This document shows, piece by piece, positions 1 to 10,946 of a stretch of 64,000 nucleotides of DNA. The position numbers and the translations under genes were made by a program. Origin of the DNA: a virus; the IMG/VR virus record IMGVR_UViG_3300023174_006147, positions 1 to 64,000 of that record. The stretch is one strand, 5' to 3'. The notes beneath the pieces were generated by a model, which saw only the letters and a program-made list of their open reading frames with translations, made no database searches and was not told the origin of the DNA. Each line of letters begins with the position of its first letter. Position 1 is the stretch's first letter.

Positions 1-21
1 AAGAATTCTAGTAATTTCATA

Positions 22-411
22 TTACTTGCCTAAGTCGTATTCGTCTCCGACTACATCCTTGTGAAAGTGTTCAGCCAACCGTTTGCATAAATCAATTCGA
101 AATTTTTTATTAAATATTTCTTTTGGATTTCCCGGAATATCATTTTCTTCGTAATATTTGATACATCCAGAGTTTACCATAGGTTTCCAAACTTTGTAAT
201 CGTGAAGATCGTGCTCATCATCAAGTGTTTTTTTAAGCTCTCTGGCGATTGGCATAAAGTATTTTTTATACAAGTCGTCGTCATCGATAATAAACCAAAA
301 TATCTCATCGGATAGTCGGTTTTCTTCTTCTTTATCCATTTTATTAGGATCTTTTTTTGTTTCTTTATTGGCATCATGAGAGATATTGCCAAAAAATTCA
401 CAGAGTTTCAT
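22..411 (-). CDS. hypothetical phage protein
   Basis: 129-aa ORF with ATAAATA motif upstream (436-442). Confidence 0.6.
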   Translation of the reverse strand: MKLCEFFGNISHDANKETKKDPNKMDKEEENRLSDEIFWFIIDDDDLYKKYFMPIARELKKTLDDEHDLHDYKVWKPMVNSGCIKYYEENDIPGNPKEIFNKKFRIDLCKRLAEHFHKDVVGDEYDLGK

Positions 412-447
412 AAAATTAACCTCGATTGATTTATATATTTATGTGAA

Positions 448-915
448 TTAATAATTCAATCGTGCCGATTGTAATGTGCCCTGTCGTATATCAAGACGTA
501 CTCTGCACCATGCATAGTCTCCTGTAAAAATAACAGCAGAAGTATAAGTTGGACGGCTAACTGCGCCACTAAATCCGCCACTAACTCCAGCACTGCCAGT
601 TGTTTCCAGACCAGTGTAAGTGATTCTGGTAGCCGTTAAATCAGTCCAGTCGTTTTCTCCTGGATTAGGAGTTGTCGTAACTTGGATCATACATGAACCT
701 TTGAATGATCCTTCAATGGTATAGGCAACATTATGCAATCTGCTGCCTAACCGAAAATATCCAGTGCCACGAATGGGAGTACTGAATAGAGTGAGTGTGG
801 TAGGAGGTCTTTGTCCATTTACCATTTGCGGCATGGTTATACTGCATTGGGTATTGTGACTATTTCTAGTCAACCATGGATTATAAAACTCAAATGCTTG
901 ACTTATTGATGGCAT
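448..915 (-). CDS. hypothetical protein (beta-rich, possibly virion)
   Basis: 155-aa ORF co-oriented with neighbours. Confidence 0.5.
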   Translation of the reverse strand: MPSISQAFEFYNPWLTRNSHNTQCSITMPQMVNGQRPPTTLTLFSTPIRGTGYFRLGSRLHNVAYTIEGSFKGSCMIQVTTTPNPGENDWTDLTATRITYTGLETTGSAGVSGGFSGAVSRPTYTSAVIFTGDYAWCRVRLDIRQGTLQSARLNY

Positions 916-1610
916 ATATCGTCCTCAGATACACTATTTATTAGTGTACTTCGGACAATATAGTGCTCTGTCTTTAATAAATTTTTACCTAAGTATAGTT
1001 GAATAAATGCCAAGGATTTATCATTTTCTATATCAAATGTTATGTAAGTTCGCCATCTCTTGATTCCTTGAAACCACTCTTTTGTGTAATAAGGAATATC
1101 TATGCTATCTTCATAGTTGATTAACCAGTTGTACATTTTCAATCTGTCATCCACTGGCATTAATTGATTTAGATAAACTCTATACTGAAATTTACCACCT
1201 GGAAGTTTATTGCATAATTTAATATGCTTTTTTTCAAATAACTTGATCAATTCTTCATTGCCGGTAGGCTCGGTAATCTCTGTTATCCAATATGATATAG
1301 CCGTGATGATTTTTTGATGAGTGTCATTATCTGCCGAATAAAACATGATATAACTGCCCTCACATCGTACTTTAATTGATTTATCGTTGAGAATATCTTC
1401 ACTGTTATTGATAAACTTTAGTAGTTCCGCACGAGCATCTACACTGATATCATAACGTTTGCGAATCTCCATTACACTGGTTGGATCACAGTATTTTTTT
1501 GTCGATGCCAATCCAAGTACTCTAATCAAGTATATATTTTTAACTAATGCTTCTACTTTATACGGATATTTTCCGTAATACAGCTTTTTAGTCTTCTGAT
1601 ACTTCATCAA
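903..1610 (-). CDS. hypothetical protein
   Basis: 235-aa ORF overlapping the clpA end. Confidence 0.6.
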   Translation of the reverse strand: MMKYQKTKKLYYGKYPYKVEALVKNIYLIRVLGLASTKKYCDPTSVMEIRKRYDISVDARAELLKFINNSEDILNDKSIKVRCEGSYIMFYSADNDTHQKIITAISYWITEITEPTGNEELIKLFEKKHIKLCNKLPGGKFQYRVYLNQLMPVDDRLKMYNWLINYEDSIDIPYYTKEWFQGIKRWRTYITFDIENDKSLAFIQLYLGKNLLKTEHYIVRSTLINSVSEDDICHQ

Positions 1611-3867
1611 TTTGTTCCTTTACTTTAGGAGTTTTTTTCGCGAGTACATCAATAAAATTAAATTCAAAGTCGTCATCTTTTGCAGTGATTTCCACTACTC
1701 CACCGTTTACTAGTTTACCAAACAGTATTTCTTTGCTCAGTGGCTTTTTGATAAACTCATCAATTGTACGACCAAGTGGTCTTGCGCCCATTTTGCTATT
1801 GAATCCCTTTTTGATGAGCAATTCTACAGCATCCGGAGTTGGCTTGACAAACACATTCTTGTCCTTGATCTGTGCATTTAGGCTGTCAATAAATTTCTTG
1901 ACAATTTTGATCATGACTACATGATCTAACTTGCCAAATTCAACAATGCCATCTAGGCGATTGCGGAATTCTGGTTTAAAGAAGCTGTTAACTGCGTTTG
2001 TTATTTCTCCAGTTCGATCTTGATTGCCAAATCCTACACCATTTTTCTCGGCATCACTTGCTCCTAGATTTGAGGTAAGAATAATTGTACAATTTCTACC
2101 GTCTGCCTTTTTGCCATTAGATCCTGTTACGATGCCACTGTCCATTAGGCCAAGTAATATATTACTTACACTAGGATGTGCCTTCTCAATTTCATCAAAC
2201 AGTAGTACGCAGTTAGGATGCTCCTGTAGTTTGGTTATCAATTGTCCAGCATTATCTTCAAATCCTACATATCCTGGAGGAGCGCCGATAAACTTAGCAA
2301 CGGAGTGTGATTCTTGAAACTCACTCATATCAAACCGTATAAGTTGTACATTCAACGATTCCGCAAGTGCTTTTGCAGTTTCAGTTTTGCCGCATCCAGT
2401 TGGACCAACAAACAAAAAGCTACCTATTGGCTTATCATGTGCTTTTAATCCAGCTCGTGCAATAAAAATCTTATCTAATAGAATATCAATTGCATTGTCT
2501 TGTCCATACACTCTTGTGCGCATGTTCTTCTCAAGATTCTTGAGATTCTTGTTTTCTTTGGCAGCAATTTGTTCAACTGGCAAATTTGCCTGCTTTGCAA
2601 CTTCAAAAACAATTTCATCGTGATCGACTATTCCACCAGTCTCGTCTCTGATTTTAAATCTAGCACATGCACTATCAATCAAGTCAATTGCCTTGTCTGG
2701 AAGATGCCGATCAGTTAGATATTTGGAACTATATGTCACAGCATCGGTGATTGCTTGATTTGTGATTTTAACGTCATGATGCTTTTCATAAAATTTCTTA
2801 AGTCCTTTGATGATTTTAATTGCCATTGCTTCGGATGGCTCATCAATAATGACTCGTTGAAATCTACGCATTAATGCACGATCTTTTTCAAAGTGCTTTC
2901 GGAATTCTTCCCATGTAGTTGATGCAATTACTTTGAGTGTTCCCTTACTCAGTGCTGGCTTAATCATGTTACTCATATCATTGGGACCACCACCAACTGC
3001 ACCCGCTCCGCTCATCATGTGTGCCTCATCAATGAACACAATGCAGTTCTTTCGCTTTTCCAGTGCATTAATAACTGCCTTGAGACGCTCTTCAAAGTCA
3101 CCTCGATATTTTGAACCTGCAAGCATTGCACTGATATCTAGGTTATAAATTGTATGATTTTTTATATAGTTTGGAACAGTGCCTTCGACGATTTTACGAG
3201 CCAATCCTTCGGCGATTGCAGTTTTACCAACACCGGGTTCACCAATCATCATGACACTGGACTTTTGACGCCTTGCCAGTACAAGTAGAATGTCATCGAT
3301 TTCTTTTTCTCGACCAATTACTGGATCAATTTGCTTTTCAAGTACTTTGGCATTAAGATTTGTGCAAAACTGTACCAGAACTTTTTCAATTTGACTTAGA
3401 CTTGAATCCTCGTCAGTTTCGTTTGGTGTATCAAATGAGCTTTTATTCAGATAGCTGATAAATGCATCTTGATCTATATTTGCCAGTTTGATGAAATGTA
3501 CGGCATGACTTTTCTTTTCTGAAAATATTGCAAGAAAACAATCTCTTGGCTCAATTACCGTCCGACCAGCAAACAAAACTTGAGTGAATGCACGATTAAG
3601 AACACGTTCAACACTATTGGTCTTTCGTGGTCTTCCTTCAAGCTTTTCGACCTTGATGTCTCCAAGGTCGTTTTTAATATACTCATTCAAATTGTTTTTT
3701 AGAGAATTCGTATCTACGCCAAAATCAATCAACAACTCATTAAATTTATTGTCGGTTACTATACTATGAAGCAAATGTTCTAACGTGACGTATTCGTGTT
3801 TATTTTTGGTTGCAATTTTAATTGCTCGTTCAAAAATTGCAGCCAGATCTGGCGTTGGTTCTAACAT
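1588..3867 (-). CDS. clpA: ATP-dependent Clp protease ATP-binding subunit (ClpA-type)
   Basis: Clp N-domain, two AAA+ modules ([16 protein letters not shown]), [23 protein letters not shown]. Confidence 0.93.
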   Translation of the reverse strand: MLEPTPDLAAIFERAIKIATKNKHEYVTLEHLLHSIVTDNKFNELLIDFGVDTNSLKNNLNEYIKNDLGDIKVEKLEGRPRKTNSVERVLNRAFTQVLFAGRTVIEPRDCFLAIFSEKKSHAVHFIKLANIDQDAFISYLNKSSFDTPNETDEDSSLSQIEKVLVQFCTNLNAKVLEKQIDPVIGREKEIDDILLVLARRQKSSVMMIGEPGVGKTAIAEGLARKIVEGTVPNYIKNHTIYNLDISAMLAGSKYRGDFEERLKAVINALEKRKNCIVFIDEAHMMSGAGAVGGGPNDMSNMIKPALSKGTLKVIASTTWEEFRKHFEKDRALMRRFQRVIIDEPSEAMAIKIIKGLKKFYEKHHDVKITNQAITDAVTYSSKYLTDRHLPDKAIDLIDSACARFKIRDETGGIVDHDEIVFEVAKQANLPVEQIAAKENKNLKNLEKNMRTRVYGQDNAIDILLDKIFIARAGLKAHDKPIGSFLFVGPTGCGKTETAKALAESLNVQLIRFDMSEFQESHSVAKFIGAPPGYVGFEDNAGQLITKLQEHPNCVLLFDEIEKAHPSVSNILLGLMDSGIVTGSNGKKADGRNCTIILTSNLGASDAEKNGVGFGNQDRTGEITNAVNSFFKPEFRNRLDGIVEFGKLDHVVMIKIVKKFIDSLNAQIKDKNVFVKPTPDAVELLIKKGFNSKMGARPLGRTIDEFIKKPLSKEILFGKLVNGGVVEITAKDDDFEFNFIDVLAKKTPKVKEQIDEVSED

Positions 3868-3878
3868 TTAAACTCCTT

Positions 3879-4718
3879 TTAGTTTATGTTCATGGTTTTT
3901 AGAAGATTCTTTTGATCTTCGGTCAATTTGGGTATGGTAATTTTTACTTTTACTAACAGTCTTCCTCTTTGAGAGGGATTATTAAAATTAGGCATACCGT
4001 GTCCTGATATTCCTAGAATAGTTTCATTTTGTACGCCGGAGGGAATAGTTGTTTCAAGGATCTTATTATCGATTCCTTCGACAGTTATGGTGCATCCAGT
4101 CATTGCATCAATGCAGTTAATCTCAACTTCTTGAATAAGATCATCGCCAGACCGTTTAAACTTTGCATGATTTTCAATATGCACAGTTAGGAGTATATCT
4201 CCCCTAGGCGCATTAGGAACTCGATCATCTCCTATTCCTGAAAGTTTGAGAGTTAATCCCTCATGAACTCCTCTTGGAATTTTTACATTAATTTCCTGCT
4301 CTTTGCCACTTGGCAAGGTCACATTTGCAAATAATTCTTTGCCGTTAAACGCATCTTCCAGTGAAATTGAAGTTTGTAATTGAATATTTTGATTAGTTGG
4401 ACCACGTCTGTGAAAACCAAACATATCGCCGAATGGATTTCCATTTCCAAAAAACTGCTCAAACCCACCTGGTCCACCAAACTCAAAGTGAAATCCTCCA
4501 GGTCCTTGATGAAACTGTGATTGGGGAGAGTCATATTCTGTTCTTTTTTGAGGATCTCCTAGAACAGAATATGCTTCTTGAATTTTTTGAAATTGTTCAG
4601 CATCGCCGCCTCGATCTGGATGATGCTTCATTGCCAGTGAGCGAAAAGATTGTTTAATTTCTTGCTCACTGGCATTTTTACTTACGCCTAAAATTTCATA
4701 ATAATTGTTCATAAACAT
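3879..4718 (-). CDS. dnaJ: DnaJ/CbpA-type co-chaperone (class B, no Zn finger)
   Basis: J-domain with HPD, G/F-rich linker, DnaJ C-terminal domain. Confidence 0.9.
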   Translation of the reverse strand: MFMNNYYEILGVSKNASEQEIKQSFRSLAMKHHPDRGGDAEQFQKIQEAYSVLGDPQKRTEYDSPQSQFHQGPGGFHFEFGGPGGFEQFFGNGNPFGDMFGFHRRGPTNQNIQLQTSISLEDAFNGKELFANVTLPSGKEQEINVKIPRGVHEGLTLKLSGIGDDRVPNAPRGDILLTVHIENHAKFKRSGDDLIQEVEINCIDAMTGCTITVEGIDNKILETTIPSGVQNETILGISGHGMPNFNNPSQRGRLLVKVKITIPKLTEDQKNLLKTMNIN

Positions 4719-4763
4719 AATCCGTTATAATTTTTCTTATTATAATTGATTTTGTCATCGTTG

Positions 4764-5168
4764 TCAAGTGGATAGTATAGGATGAATTCTTCCAGTATCA
4801 AGGAGTTCCAGTTCATTTTCTCTATCAATGTATTTGTATTCTACTTTAGTAGGTTCAAATGGCTCAATTGCTGCAAATACATCCTGAATGTTTAAAGCAC
4901 TACATGTATATACATCTAGCTGCATCATTGCAGGCTCGCATTCGTCCCATACATGCATTGCAATATGGCTAGTTTCAATAATAGTCACGGCGGTCAGTCC
5001 GCGATTACCGACCATGTCAGAATATACAGCGTAGGGGCCCATTAAAATTTTCATATCGATTTGACCTACTAGATTTTTCATCCAGTCTTGAATCGCTTCG
5101 GCACATTGTGGTGGATTATTTAACTCTGCTCTGACGATAAGATGCTTGTGTTCAAGTACTTTACCCAT
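4764..5168 (-). CDS. speD: S-adenosylmethionine decarboxylase proenzyme
   Basis: HLIV...IETSHIAMHVW...LDVYTC motifs; start moved to MGKVLEH behind GGAAGG. Confidence 0.8.
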   Translation of the reverse strand: MGKVLEHKHLIVRAELNNPPQCAEAIQDWMKNLVGQIDMKILMGPYAVYSDMVGNRGLTAVTIIETSHIAMHVWDECEPAMMQLDVYTCSALNIQDVFAAIEPFEPTKVEYKYIDRENELELLDTGRIHPILST

Positions 5169-5258
5169 TTCATACCTTCCCTGTTTAAATGGTGATATCC
5201 GCATGGATAGAAATCGTCCGCGGTGTTTTATTTATTCTTTTTTATAGATAAATTTAAT

Positions 5259-6110
5259 TTACCAAGTGTTTTTTGTAATTATAACAGCTTTTTCACCATT
5301 TCTGATCAAGAAATGGTCTTCTATTTTATGAATTTCATAGTTGCCTAAATACTTATTCAGGTATAATACTTGATTTTGACTCTGTTCGTCAAGTTGAATA
5401 GCACCTGAAAGTTCATTTTTTAATATGGCATATTCTCCAATTGCAACTACGTTTGCTGTCAATCGTCCAGCATATGGCTTGTTAAAAGAGATATTCCTAT
5501 TTTCGTCGATTTCAACGGAATCAATTGCTCCTTGGTTAAAAAACTCGCCAATTTCAGAAACATCCGAATTTTTAGTTGCGGTGTTATATTTTTCCGGTGT
5601 TAACGGTACATATTTGGCAAATGTTTCCCTGTCAAAATCGTGACCAACTGCGTCCTTGTACCAACGAAATCGCCAGTTATCAATATCACATAGTTCTGAT
5701 ATTCCATTTAGTAATTCTGATACATGCTTGTCAGCATCATCATTTCTTTCTATTTCTACAAAAACACTATATGCACCATTTTTCTCTTCTCCTGAGCTTA
5801 TGTCAGAATCCAATACAAATGCATATCCCTTTTCAATGAACTCCATCAAATCAATTGCAGGTTCTTTGTTAAATGCGTGAAACTTTAAAACAATAGTGTC
5901 TTCGTCGTTTCCCATTTTACTCTGATATTGATCTACCGTAAAAATTCGATTGATCGCATCGCTGAGGTCTCCTGCATGAAGGCCTTCGGATAAATTAGGA
6001 ACTTTGTGCTGGGAGTTCATTTGAGACTGGTTCATTGGGTAGAGCTTCCTGTGCTGCTTCATTTGGATTGATTGCTTCATTTTTGTCAATGTCGATATGA
6101 TCTTTGACAT
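5259..6110 (-). CDS. hypothetical phage protein
   Basis: long ORF; real start probably downstream of the annotated one. Confidence 0.55.
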   Translation of the reverse strand: MSKIISTLTKMKQSIQMKQHRKLYPMNQSQMNSQHKVPNLSEGLHAGDLSDAINRIFTVDQYQSKMGNDEDTIVLKFHAFNKEPAIDLMEFIEKGYAFVLDSDISSGEEKNGAYSVFVEIERNDDADKHVSELLNGISELCDIDNWRFRWYKDAVGHDFDRETFAKYVPLTPEKYNTATKNSDVSEIGEFFNQGAIDSVEIDENRNISFNKPYAGRLTANVVAIGEYAILKNELSGAIQLDEQSQNQVLYLNKYLGNYEIHKIEDHFLIRNGEKAVIITKNTW

Positions 6111-6540
6111 ACTCGCTTTGTTGGCGTTTTTGGCCCTGGTATATGTCTTGCATTAATTTCTTTGGTATAGTTAATTTTACTAACCATATAGGCTGAGTGT
6201 CTATTTTGCCTTTTTTTGTTCCCGGACGAAAATCGTTGGGTGTATATATTTTTCTGGGAACCATAAGATTAGATTTTTGATAAGAGATTTTACATCCATA
6301 ATCTAGGAGTCGTTCTCCTCCAACTGGATCTGGCATATTTTTTTCTGGCCACATGAAAGTGCATGACACTGTATGCCTATGCACCTCTGGTCCCATCATC
6401 AATTCACCATCTTCCCAGTTTTTAAAAACATATATATCAAGATCGTCCAAGACTCTTTCAAAGTCCTTTAGGATCTTGAACGCATTGTCATTTGTGGTCA
6501 ATGCTTCGATTGTTTTGATAATATCTACTATGTCATGCAT
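5995..6540 (-). CDS. hypothetical phage protein
   Basis: 181-aa ORF, TATAAATA upstream. Confidence 0.65.
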   Translation of the reverse strand: MHDIVDIIKTIEALTTNDNAFKILKDFERVLDDLDIYVFKNWEDGELMMGPEVHRHTVSCTFMWPEKNMPDPVGGERLLDYGCKISYQKSNLMVPRKIYTPNDFRPGTKKGKIDTQPIWLVKLTIPKKLMQDIYQGQKRQQSEYVKDHIDIDKNEAINPNEAAQEALPNEPVSNELPAQSS

Positions 6541-6656
6541 GGTGTTTCTCTTTTTTGTATCAATATTTATATAATTTCAAAAAAATGGTGTTTGGTTAGG
6601 TTTTTTAGAAATTCAGATAATTAAGTGTGCAGGTCGAAAACTTTAGGAGATACAAT

Positions 6657-7409
6657 TTGTCTAGACTAAAGAAACGCAATGGTACTTATAATAACCAGAC
6701 AAATTCGCAGCGCGATGAGTCACCTAATCTCATCGAAATTAAAAACTATATTAAGAAAAAACAGAATGTTCAAATTATTCCTCGCAACACTAGTCAGGAA
6801 AATTATTTAGAACTTTTGAGAAATCCCCGAAAATATATTATCTTTGCTATCGGTCCTGCCGGTACGGGTAAAACTATGCTCGGGGTACAGCATGCCATCA
6901 AGCAATTCAAAGAGGGGGTGGTTGACAAAATAGTCATTACACGGCCTGCTGTATCAGTTGACGAAGAACATGGATTCTTGCCAGGAACATTAGAACAAAA
7001 AATGGAACCTTGGACAAGGCCTATATTTGACGTTTTTAAGGAATACTATCATCCAAAAGAAATTACTGCCATGTTAGAAAGTGGAGTGGTGGAAATAAGT
7101 CCACTTGCTTATATGCGCGGTAGAACATTTAAGGATGCATACATAGTAGCGGATGAAATGCAGAATGCTACTCCTAGCCAAATGAAAATGTTACTTACTC
7201 GTATTGGCGAAAACAGTCGAATGATTGTTACTGGAGATTTGCAGCAGGCGGACAGGCCCACTACTAATGGTCTTTTAGATTTTATCGAAAGAATCAAAGG
7301 ACATTCCGGTCATAAAATGATCGATATCGCAAGATTTGAAACTAAAGATATTGAACGTCATCCTGCGGTAAAAGAAATATTATCAATCTATAAGGAGCTT
7401 GATGACTGA
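6657..7409 (+). CDS. phoH: PhoH-like ATPase
   Basis: GPAGTGKT, ITRPAV, GFLPG, YMRGRT, DEMQN, GDLQQ; TTG start after AGGAG. Confidence 0.93.
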   Translation: MSRLKKRNGTYNNQTNSQRDESPNLIEIKNYIKKKQNVQIIPRNTSQENYLELLRNPRKYIIFAIGPAGTGKTMLGVQHAIKQFKEGVVDKIVITRPAVSVDEEHGFLPGTLEQKMEPWTRPIFDVFKEYYHPKEITAMLESGVVEISPLAYMRGRTFKDAYIVADEMQNATPSQMKMLLTRIGENSRMIVTGDLQQADRPTTNGLLDFIERIKGHSGHKMIDIARFETKDIERHPAVKEILSIYKELDD

Positions 7410-7436
7410 TAAATTATAACCCCTAGCCGATATATG

Positions 7437-7482
7437 AAACCCGCGTAACAATCGACCTGCAAATCAAGTTACGCGGGTTTTC
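7437..7482. terminator. hairpin between convergent phoH and clamp-loader genes
   Basis: aaacccgcgtaac...gttacgcgggttt inverted repeat. Confidence 0.6.
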
Positions 7483-7483
7483 A

Positions 7484-8404
7484 TTATTGAAGTCTGGCTA
7501 GTTTTACTAAAGTTGCTGCTAGATTCAATTCTGGATCGGCAATAATTGTATGATCTACTAGTCCCTGTTTAATAATTAACAGAGCCTGATCTTTAGTTTC
7601 ATCGTCTTTGCCAAAAAGATCAAGATTATCATACATCCATCTGTAGATTTCTCCCATCTCTTCTGGTCGAACCGCTCCACATAGTAGTTTTCGTGCTGCC
7701 TGAATTTTTCCAGCTTTGAATAATTCAACCATTTCAATTTTATAATCGCTAATACCGCTATCTTCGGCTTTTGGATTAATTAGAATTTTTTCAAAACTGT
7801 TCTGCTGTAGTAGATTGATGCACTTTCGAAGGTCAGGATAAGTTGCCTTGACATATGTATCTAATGTATCAAGATTAAACTCAATGCCTTCATTTACAAG
7901 AATCGTTGCAGCACGAGCAGTGAATTCAACTTGATCAATGCTAGCAAAGTGCATTTGTTGACATCTACTGTGTAATGCAGGTATAATTCTACTAGGCGTA
8001 TTACAAGTTAAAATGAATCTACACGTTGAAGAATATTCCTCAATAATACCTTTCAGTGAATCTTGTGCTTGAATACTCAATCGATCGGCTTCGTCTAGTA
8101 ATACTGTTTTAAATGGTCCAAATGGAATCATACTTACAAAAGGTACAATTTTATTTCGAATGAAGTCGATGCCAGTTTCTCTACTAGCATTAACTTCTAG
8201 AATATCATATACTTCGATTCCGATTTGATTGAGTAACAATTTTGCCAATGTAGTCTTGCCAATGCCTGGACTGCCACTGAGAAGTAGATGCGGAATAGAT
8301 CCTTCTTTGATCCATGCTAGAATCTGTTTCTTCTGATTTTCGTCTCGGAAAACATATCCATCTACTGTATTTGGCCTATATTTTTCTACCCATAATTCGT
8401 TCAT
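7484..8404 (-). CDS. sliding-clamp loader AAA+ subunit (T4 gp44/RFC-like)
   Basis: LWVEKYRP, GSPGIGKT, NAS, DEAD, SRC motifs. Confidence 0.92.
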   Translation of the reverse strand: MNELWVEKYRPNTVDGYVFRDENQKKQILAWIKEGSIPHLLLSGSPGIGKTTLAKLLLNQIGIEVYDILEVNASRETGIDFIRNKIVPFVSMIPFGPFKTVLLDEADRLSIQAQDSLKGIIEEYSSTCRFILTCNTPSRIIPALHSRCQQMHFASIDQVEFTARAATILVNEGIEFNLDTLDTYVKATYPDLRKCINLLQQNSFEKILINPKAEDSGISDYKIEMVELFKAGKIQAARKLLCGAVRPEEMGEIYRWMYDNLDLFGKDDETKDQALLIIKQGLVDHTIIADPELNLAATLVKLARLQ

Positions 8405-8829
8405 GTGTGATCCTTCTTTAATGCTTCAAAAGTTTTAAATTTTTCAATAAGTTTATCATATTCATCATATGTTAGGGCAGCTAATTCTGGAAATTTCTTT
8501 TCTAAGTATTGATTCCTGTGATCTAATTTATATCTAATTGCTTGTGATTCACATAAATGTGGATCACCTTCAAAATCGGTATATGGAATCCTTGTTGTTC
8601 TTTCATTTATACTAAAGCTTAAATATTCTTTTTGAATAACAATTCTTCCATCACCTTTACACTGATTACAAGTATGTCGTTGTGTATAGTATTCACGCTT
8701 ATGATAATCACCAAGTTCTTCCGTAGTATATGTGCCAATGCCCTTGCATCGATCACACGCAGTGACTTCATTTTTGCAATTAAAATATCCTGAAATAGAC
8801 TGTGGCAACTTGTCGATAGGCATTGACAT
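8401..8829 (-). CDS. hypothetical protein with DnaJ-type CxxCxGxG zinc finger
   Basis: CDRCKGIG and CNQCKGDG. Confidence 0.6.
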   Translation of the reverse strand: MSMPIDKLPQSISGYFNCKNEVTACDRCKGIGTYTTEELGDYHKREYYTQRHTCNQCKGDGRIVIQKEYLSFSINERTTRIPYTDFEGDPHLCESQAIRYKLDHRNQYLEKKFPELAALTYDEYDKLIEKFKTFEALKKDHT

Positions 8830-9119
8830 TAAAAAATCTCAACATGTGTTGAATGATCAGGTTTATTTCTACCTTCTCTGTATCTCTTAATAGTAGTGGT
8901 AATTTTAATGCTACCATTTTCAAGACGCTCATATGTCTTTGATTCTTCTTGTAGCAGTGTAGTAGGTTGACTATGCGCGCCATGTGTGGGCCTCGCGGTT
9001 ATAATAAGAGGCGGTGCGTCCGAAATATTGTTAGATGAAATGTGGTAATTGAAATCGTCGTCTAGTGGTTTATTCATAAAAAACTCCTTGATTTTTTGCA
9101 ATTGTACATTAGAATACAA
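8829..9119 (-). CDS. hypothetical protein
   Basis: ORF abutting its neighbour. Confidence 0.45.
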   Translation of the reverse strand: MYSNVQLQKIKEFFMNKPLDDDFNYHISSNNISDAPPLIITARPTHGAHSQPTTLLQEESKTYERLENGSIKITTTIKRYREGRNKPDHSTHVEIF

Positions 9120-9137
9120 AAAAAATCAAGGAGTTTA

Positions 9138-9335
9138 TTAAGGGTTTAGTACAAAATTAAAAAATTTGGTGTTATTTAATATTTCACTTCGTTCTGATTC
9201 GGATACCAGAAGCAAATGAGATTCTTCATGATATTCATTAAATGGACAAGTCCAAGTTCCTTGTCTTTGAGGATTTTCATTAGGAGTATACTTGTGAAGT
9301 ATTTTGCATTTAGTGCAAAAACTTGGACCTAACAT
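9138..9335 (-). CDS. small hypothetical protein
   Basis: 65 aa, directly after the MazG-like gene. Confidence 0.45.
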   Translation of the reverse strand: MLGPSFCTKCKILHKYTPNENPQRQGTWTCPFNEYHEESHLLLVSESERSEILNNTKFFNFVLNP

Positions 9336-9773
9336 TTAGAGATCGCCGTCTTTTCGATTCTCCGAATAATGTGCATCAAATTTGCCACCAGGATAACGAG
9401 CTTCTAGTTTACGAACATTTTCGGCAATAACATCATTAGGATCTAATCCTAATGCATTACAAGCATTTGTCCAATACCAGATTACATCGCCTAATTCACG
9501 CTTCATATGAAACAATGCGTCTTCGTCCAATTGCTTGCCTTGAAAGAAAATCTTCTTTGGAATTTCACAGAATTCACCTGTTTCGGCAGCCATTCCAATT
9601 GCGGAAGTTAGTAGTAACGGTACATTAACATCCGGACCGTAACTCTGTGTCTTTGGATCAAATCCTTCATCAACTAAGTCAAGTCTATCCGTAAATGTAG
9701 TAAGGTCTTTACTCGCGTCACTGCATACAGCGAGGACAAATTCTTTATACTTGTTTAAATCAATTTTACTCAA
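9336..9773 (-). CDS. MazG-like NTP pyrophosphohydrolase
   Basis: AETGEFCE...KK...ELGDVIWY, NxxKLxxRYP. Confidence 0.85.
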   Translation of the reverse strand: MSKIDLNKYKEFVLAVCSDASKDLTTFTDRLDLVDEGFDPKTQSYGPDVNVPLLLTSAIGMAAETGEFCEIPKKIFFQGKQLDEDALFHMKRELGDVIWYWTNACNALGLDPNDVIAENVRKLEARYPGGKFDAHYSENRKDGDL

Positions 9774-9782
9774 TGTTGCCTC

Positions 9783-10169
9783 TTATATAAAATCTTCTGG
9801 ACGATGTTGTACGCCAGGTGATGTGTCAATTTCGTCGCCAAATATAACATCAGAGTTTGGTTTCTCAGATTGCCATCCTAAAATACTTTCTGCTTCTACC
9901 ATTCGAATCTCAACGACTCCGTTGCCTTCGTTTAGTTTAAATCCTCGTGTCCAGCGACCATGTTCTACTAGAATCCAGTCGCCGATTTTATATTCATCTT
10001 CATTCATGCGTCCTTTTGCGTGAACTTTTGCCCAACGGGGATAAATTCCTCGAGTTGATCCATCATCATCTTTGATGATAATACCACCTTTGGATTTCTG
10101 TTCACCAAAATACATGTCTGTGACAATTACACGATCAAGAACAGGAGTGAGTTTTCCATTAACTATCAT
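9783..10169 (-). CDS. groES: GroES-like co-chaperonin
   Basis: LTPVLDRVIV...KSKGGII...GDWILV. Confidence 0.8.
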   Translation of the reverse strand: MIVNGKLTPVLDRVIVTDMYFGEQKSKGGIIIKDDDGSTRGIYPRWAKVHAKGRMNEDEYKIGDWILVEHGRWTRGFKLNEGNGVVEIRMVEAESILGWQSEKPNSDVIFGDEIDTSPGVQHRPEDFI

Positions 10170-10177
10170 TGGTAACC

Positions 10178-10381
10178 TTACTGTTTTGGAGTTTGTTGAT
10201 TATAGTGATCGTTGACAATATCTTCACGTTTGCGAATAATAGTACCACCTGGTCCCAATTCATCTCCGCGTGCGTTCATTCTGACATTTCCAACCGCTGG
10301 CATAGTTTCATTTCTTGCAGCCAATGATTCCATGTCAACTGTTTTACCTTGCATTGTTTTATAAATTTTGCGTTCGGCCAT
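10178..10381 (-). CDS. small hypothetical phage protein
   Basis: 67 aa with SD, NARGDELGPGG. Confidence 0.55.
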   Translation of the reverse strand: MAERKIYKTMQGKTVDMESLAARNETMPAVGNVRMNARGDELGPGGTIIRKREDIVNDHYNQQTPKQ

Positions 10382-10393
10382 TTCATCTTTTCC

Positions 10394-10915
10394 TTATTTT
10401 AAAAATTCTTTGATGTCTAAATCATATTTTAAACTATCAATTTTGTGTACGCCTAAAAGATATAGACAGTAGCTTGCAACACTACTTCCTCTTCCTACGC
10501 CCCATACCACATTGTTGGAGCGCATTGTGTCTACTAAGTATTTAAGATATTTCAAAACATCAATGAGATTATGATGAATGAACATAGATAGTTCCATCTC
10601 AACACGGTCAATTTCTGTTTTAGTTTTGCATTTTGATATTAGAAAATTTTGAATATCAAATGACTTGTATTTCTCTGGCATGAACCAATTTTGCTGTTTA
10701 CTGGCGTCAAACTCTGTTATGTCAACATCGGATGTTGTGAATACCTTCAAATGGGAAAATCTATCAGCATTGCTTTTACATGCTGAATTGAATTGATTTA
10801 CTAGGCAGGGATCTTCAATGTTTAATTGTGACAAATCATTGATGGTATCGGTATAAAGTCCTTTTAGGATGTCAGTATCGTCAACAATAATTTCGCCAAA
10901 TTTATTTGATTTCAT
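10394..10915 (-). CDS. stand-alone DNA polymerase III alpha (DnaE)-like fragment
   Basis: RVEMEL...GVGRGSSVASYCLYLLGVHKID matches the DnaE GRGS segment. Confidence 0.7.
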   Translation of the reverse strand: MKSNKFGEIIVDDTDILKGLYTDTINDLSQLNIEDPCLVNQFNSACKSNADRFSHLKVFTTSDVDITEFDASKQQNWFMPEKYKSFDIQNFLISKCKTKTEIDRVEMELSMFIHHNLIDVLKYLKYLVDTMRSNNVVWGVGRGSSVASYCLYLLGVHKIDSLKYDLDIKEFLK

Positions 10916-10946
10916 TAGTTAATCATAGCAGAAAACACTACTCATG

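Noticed and set aside
5170-5230. Possible SAM-II/V-like riboswitch upstream of speD (CCGC..GATTT..GCGG..AAACAGGG)
   Set aside because: The resemblance is only loose and the pseudoknot pairing could not be established by eye. It needs an Infernal search.
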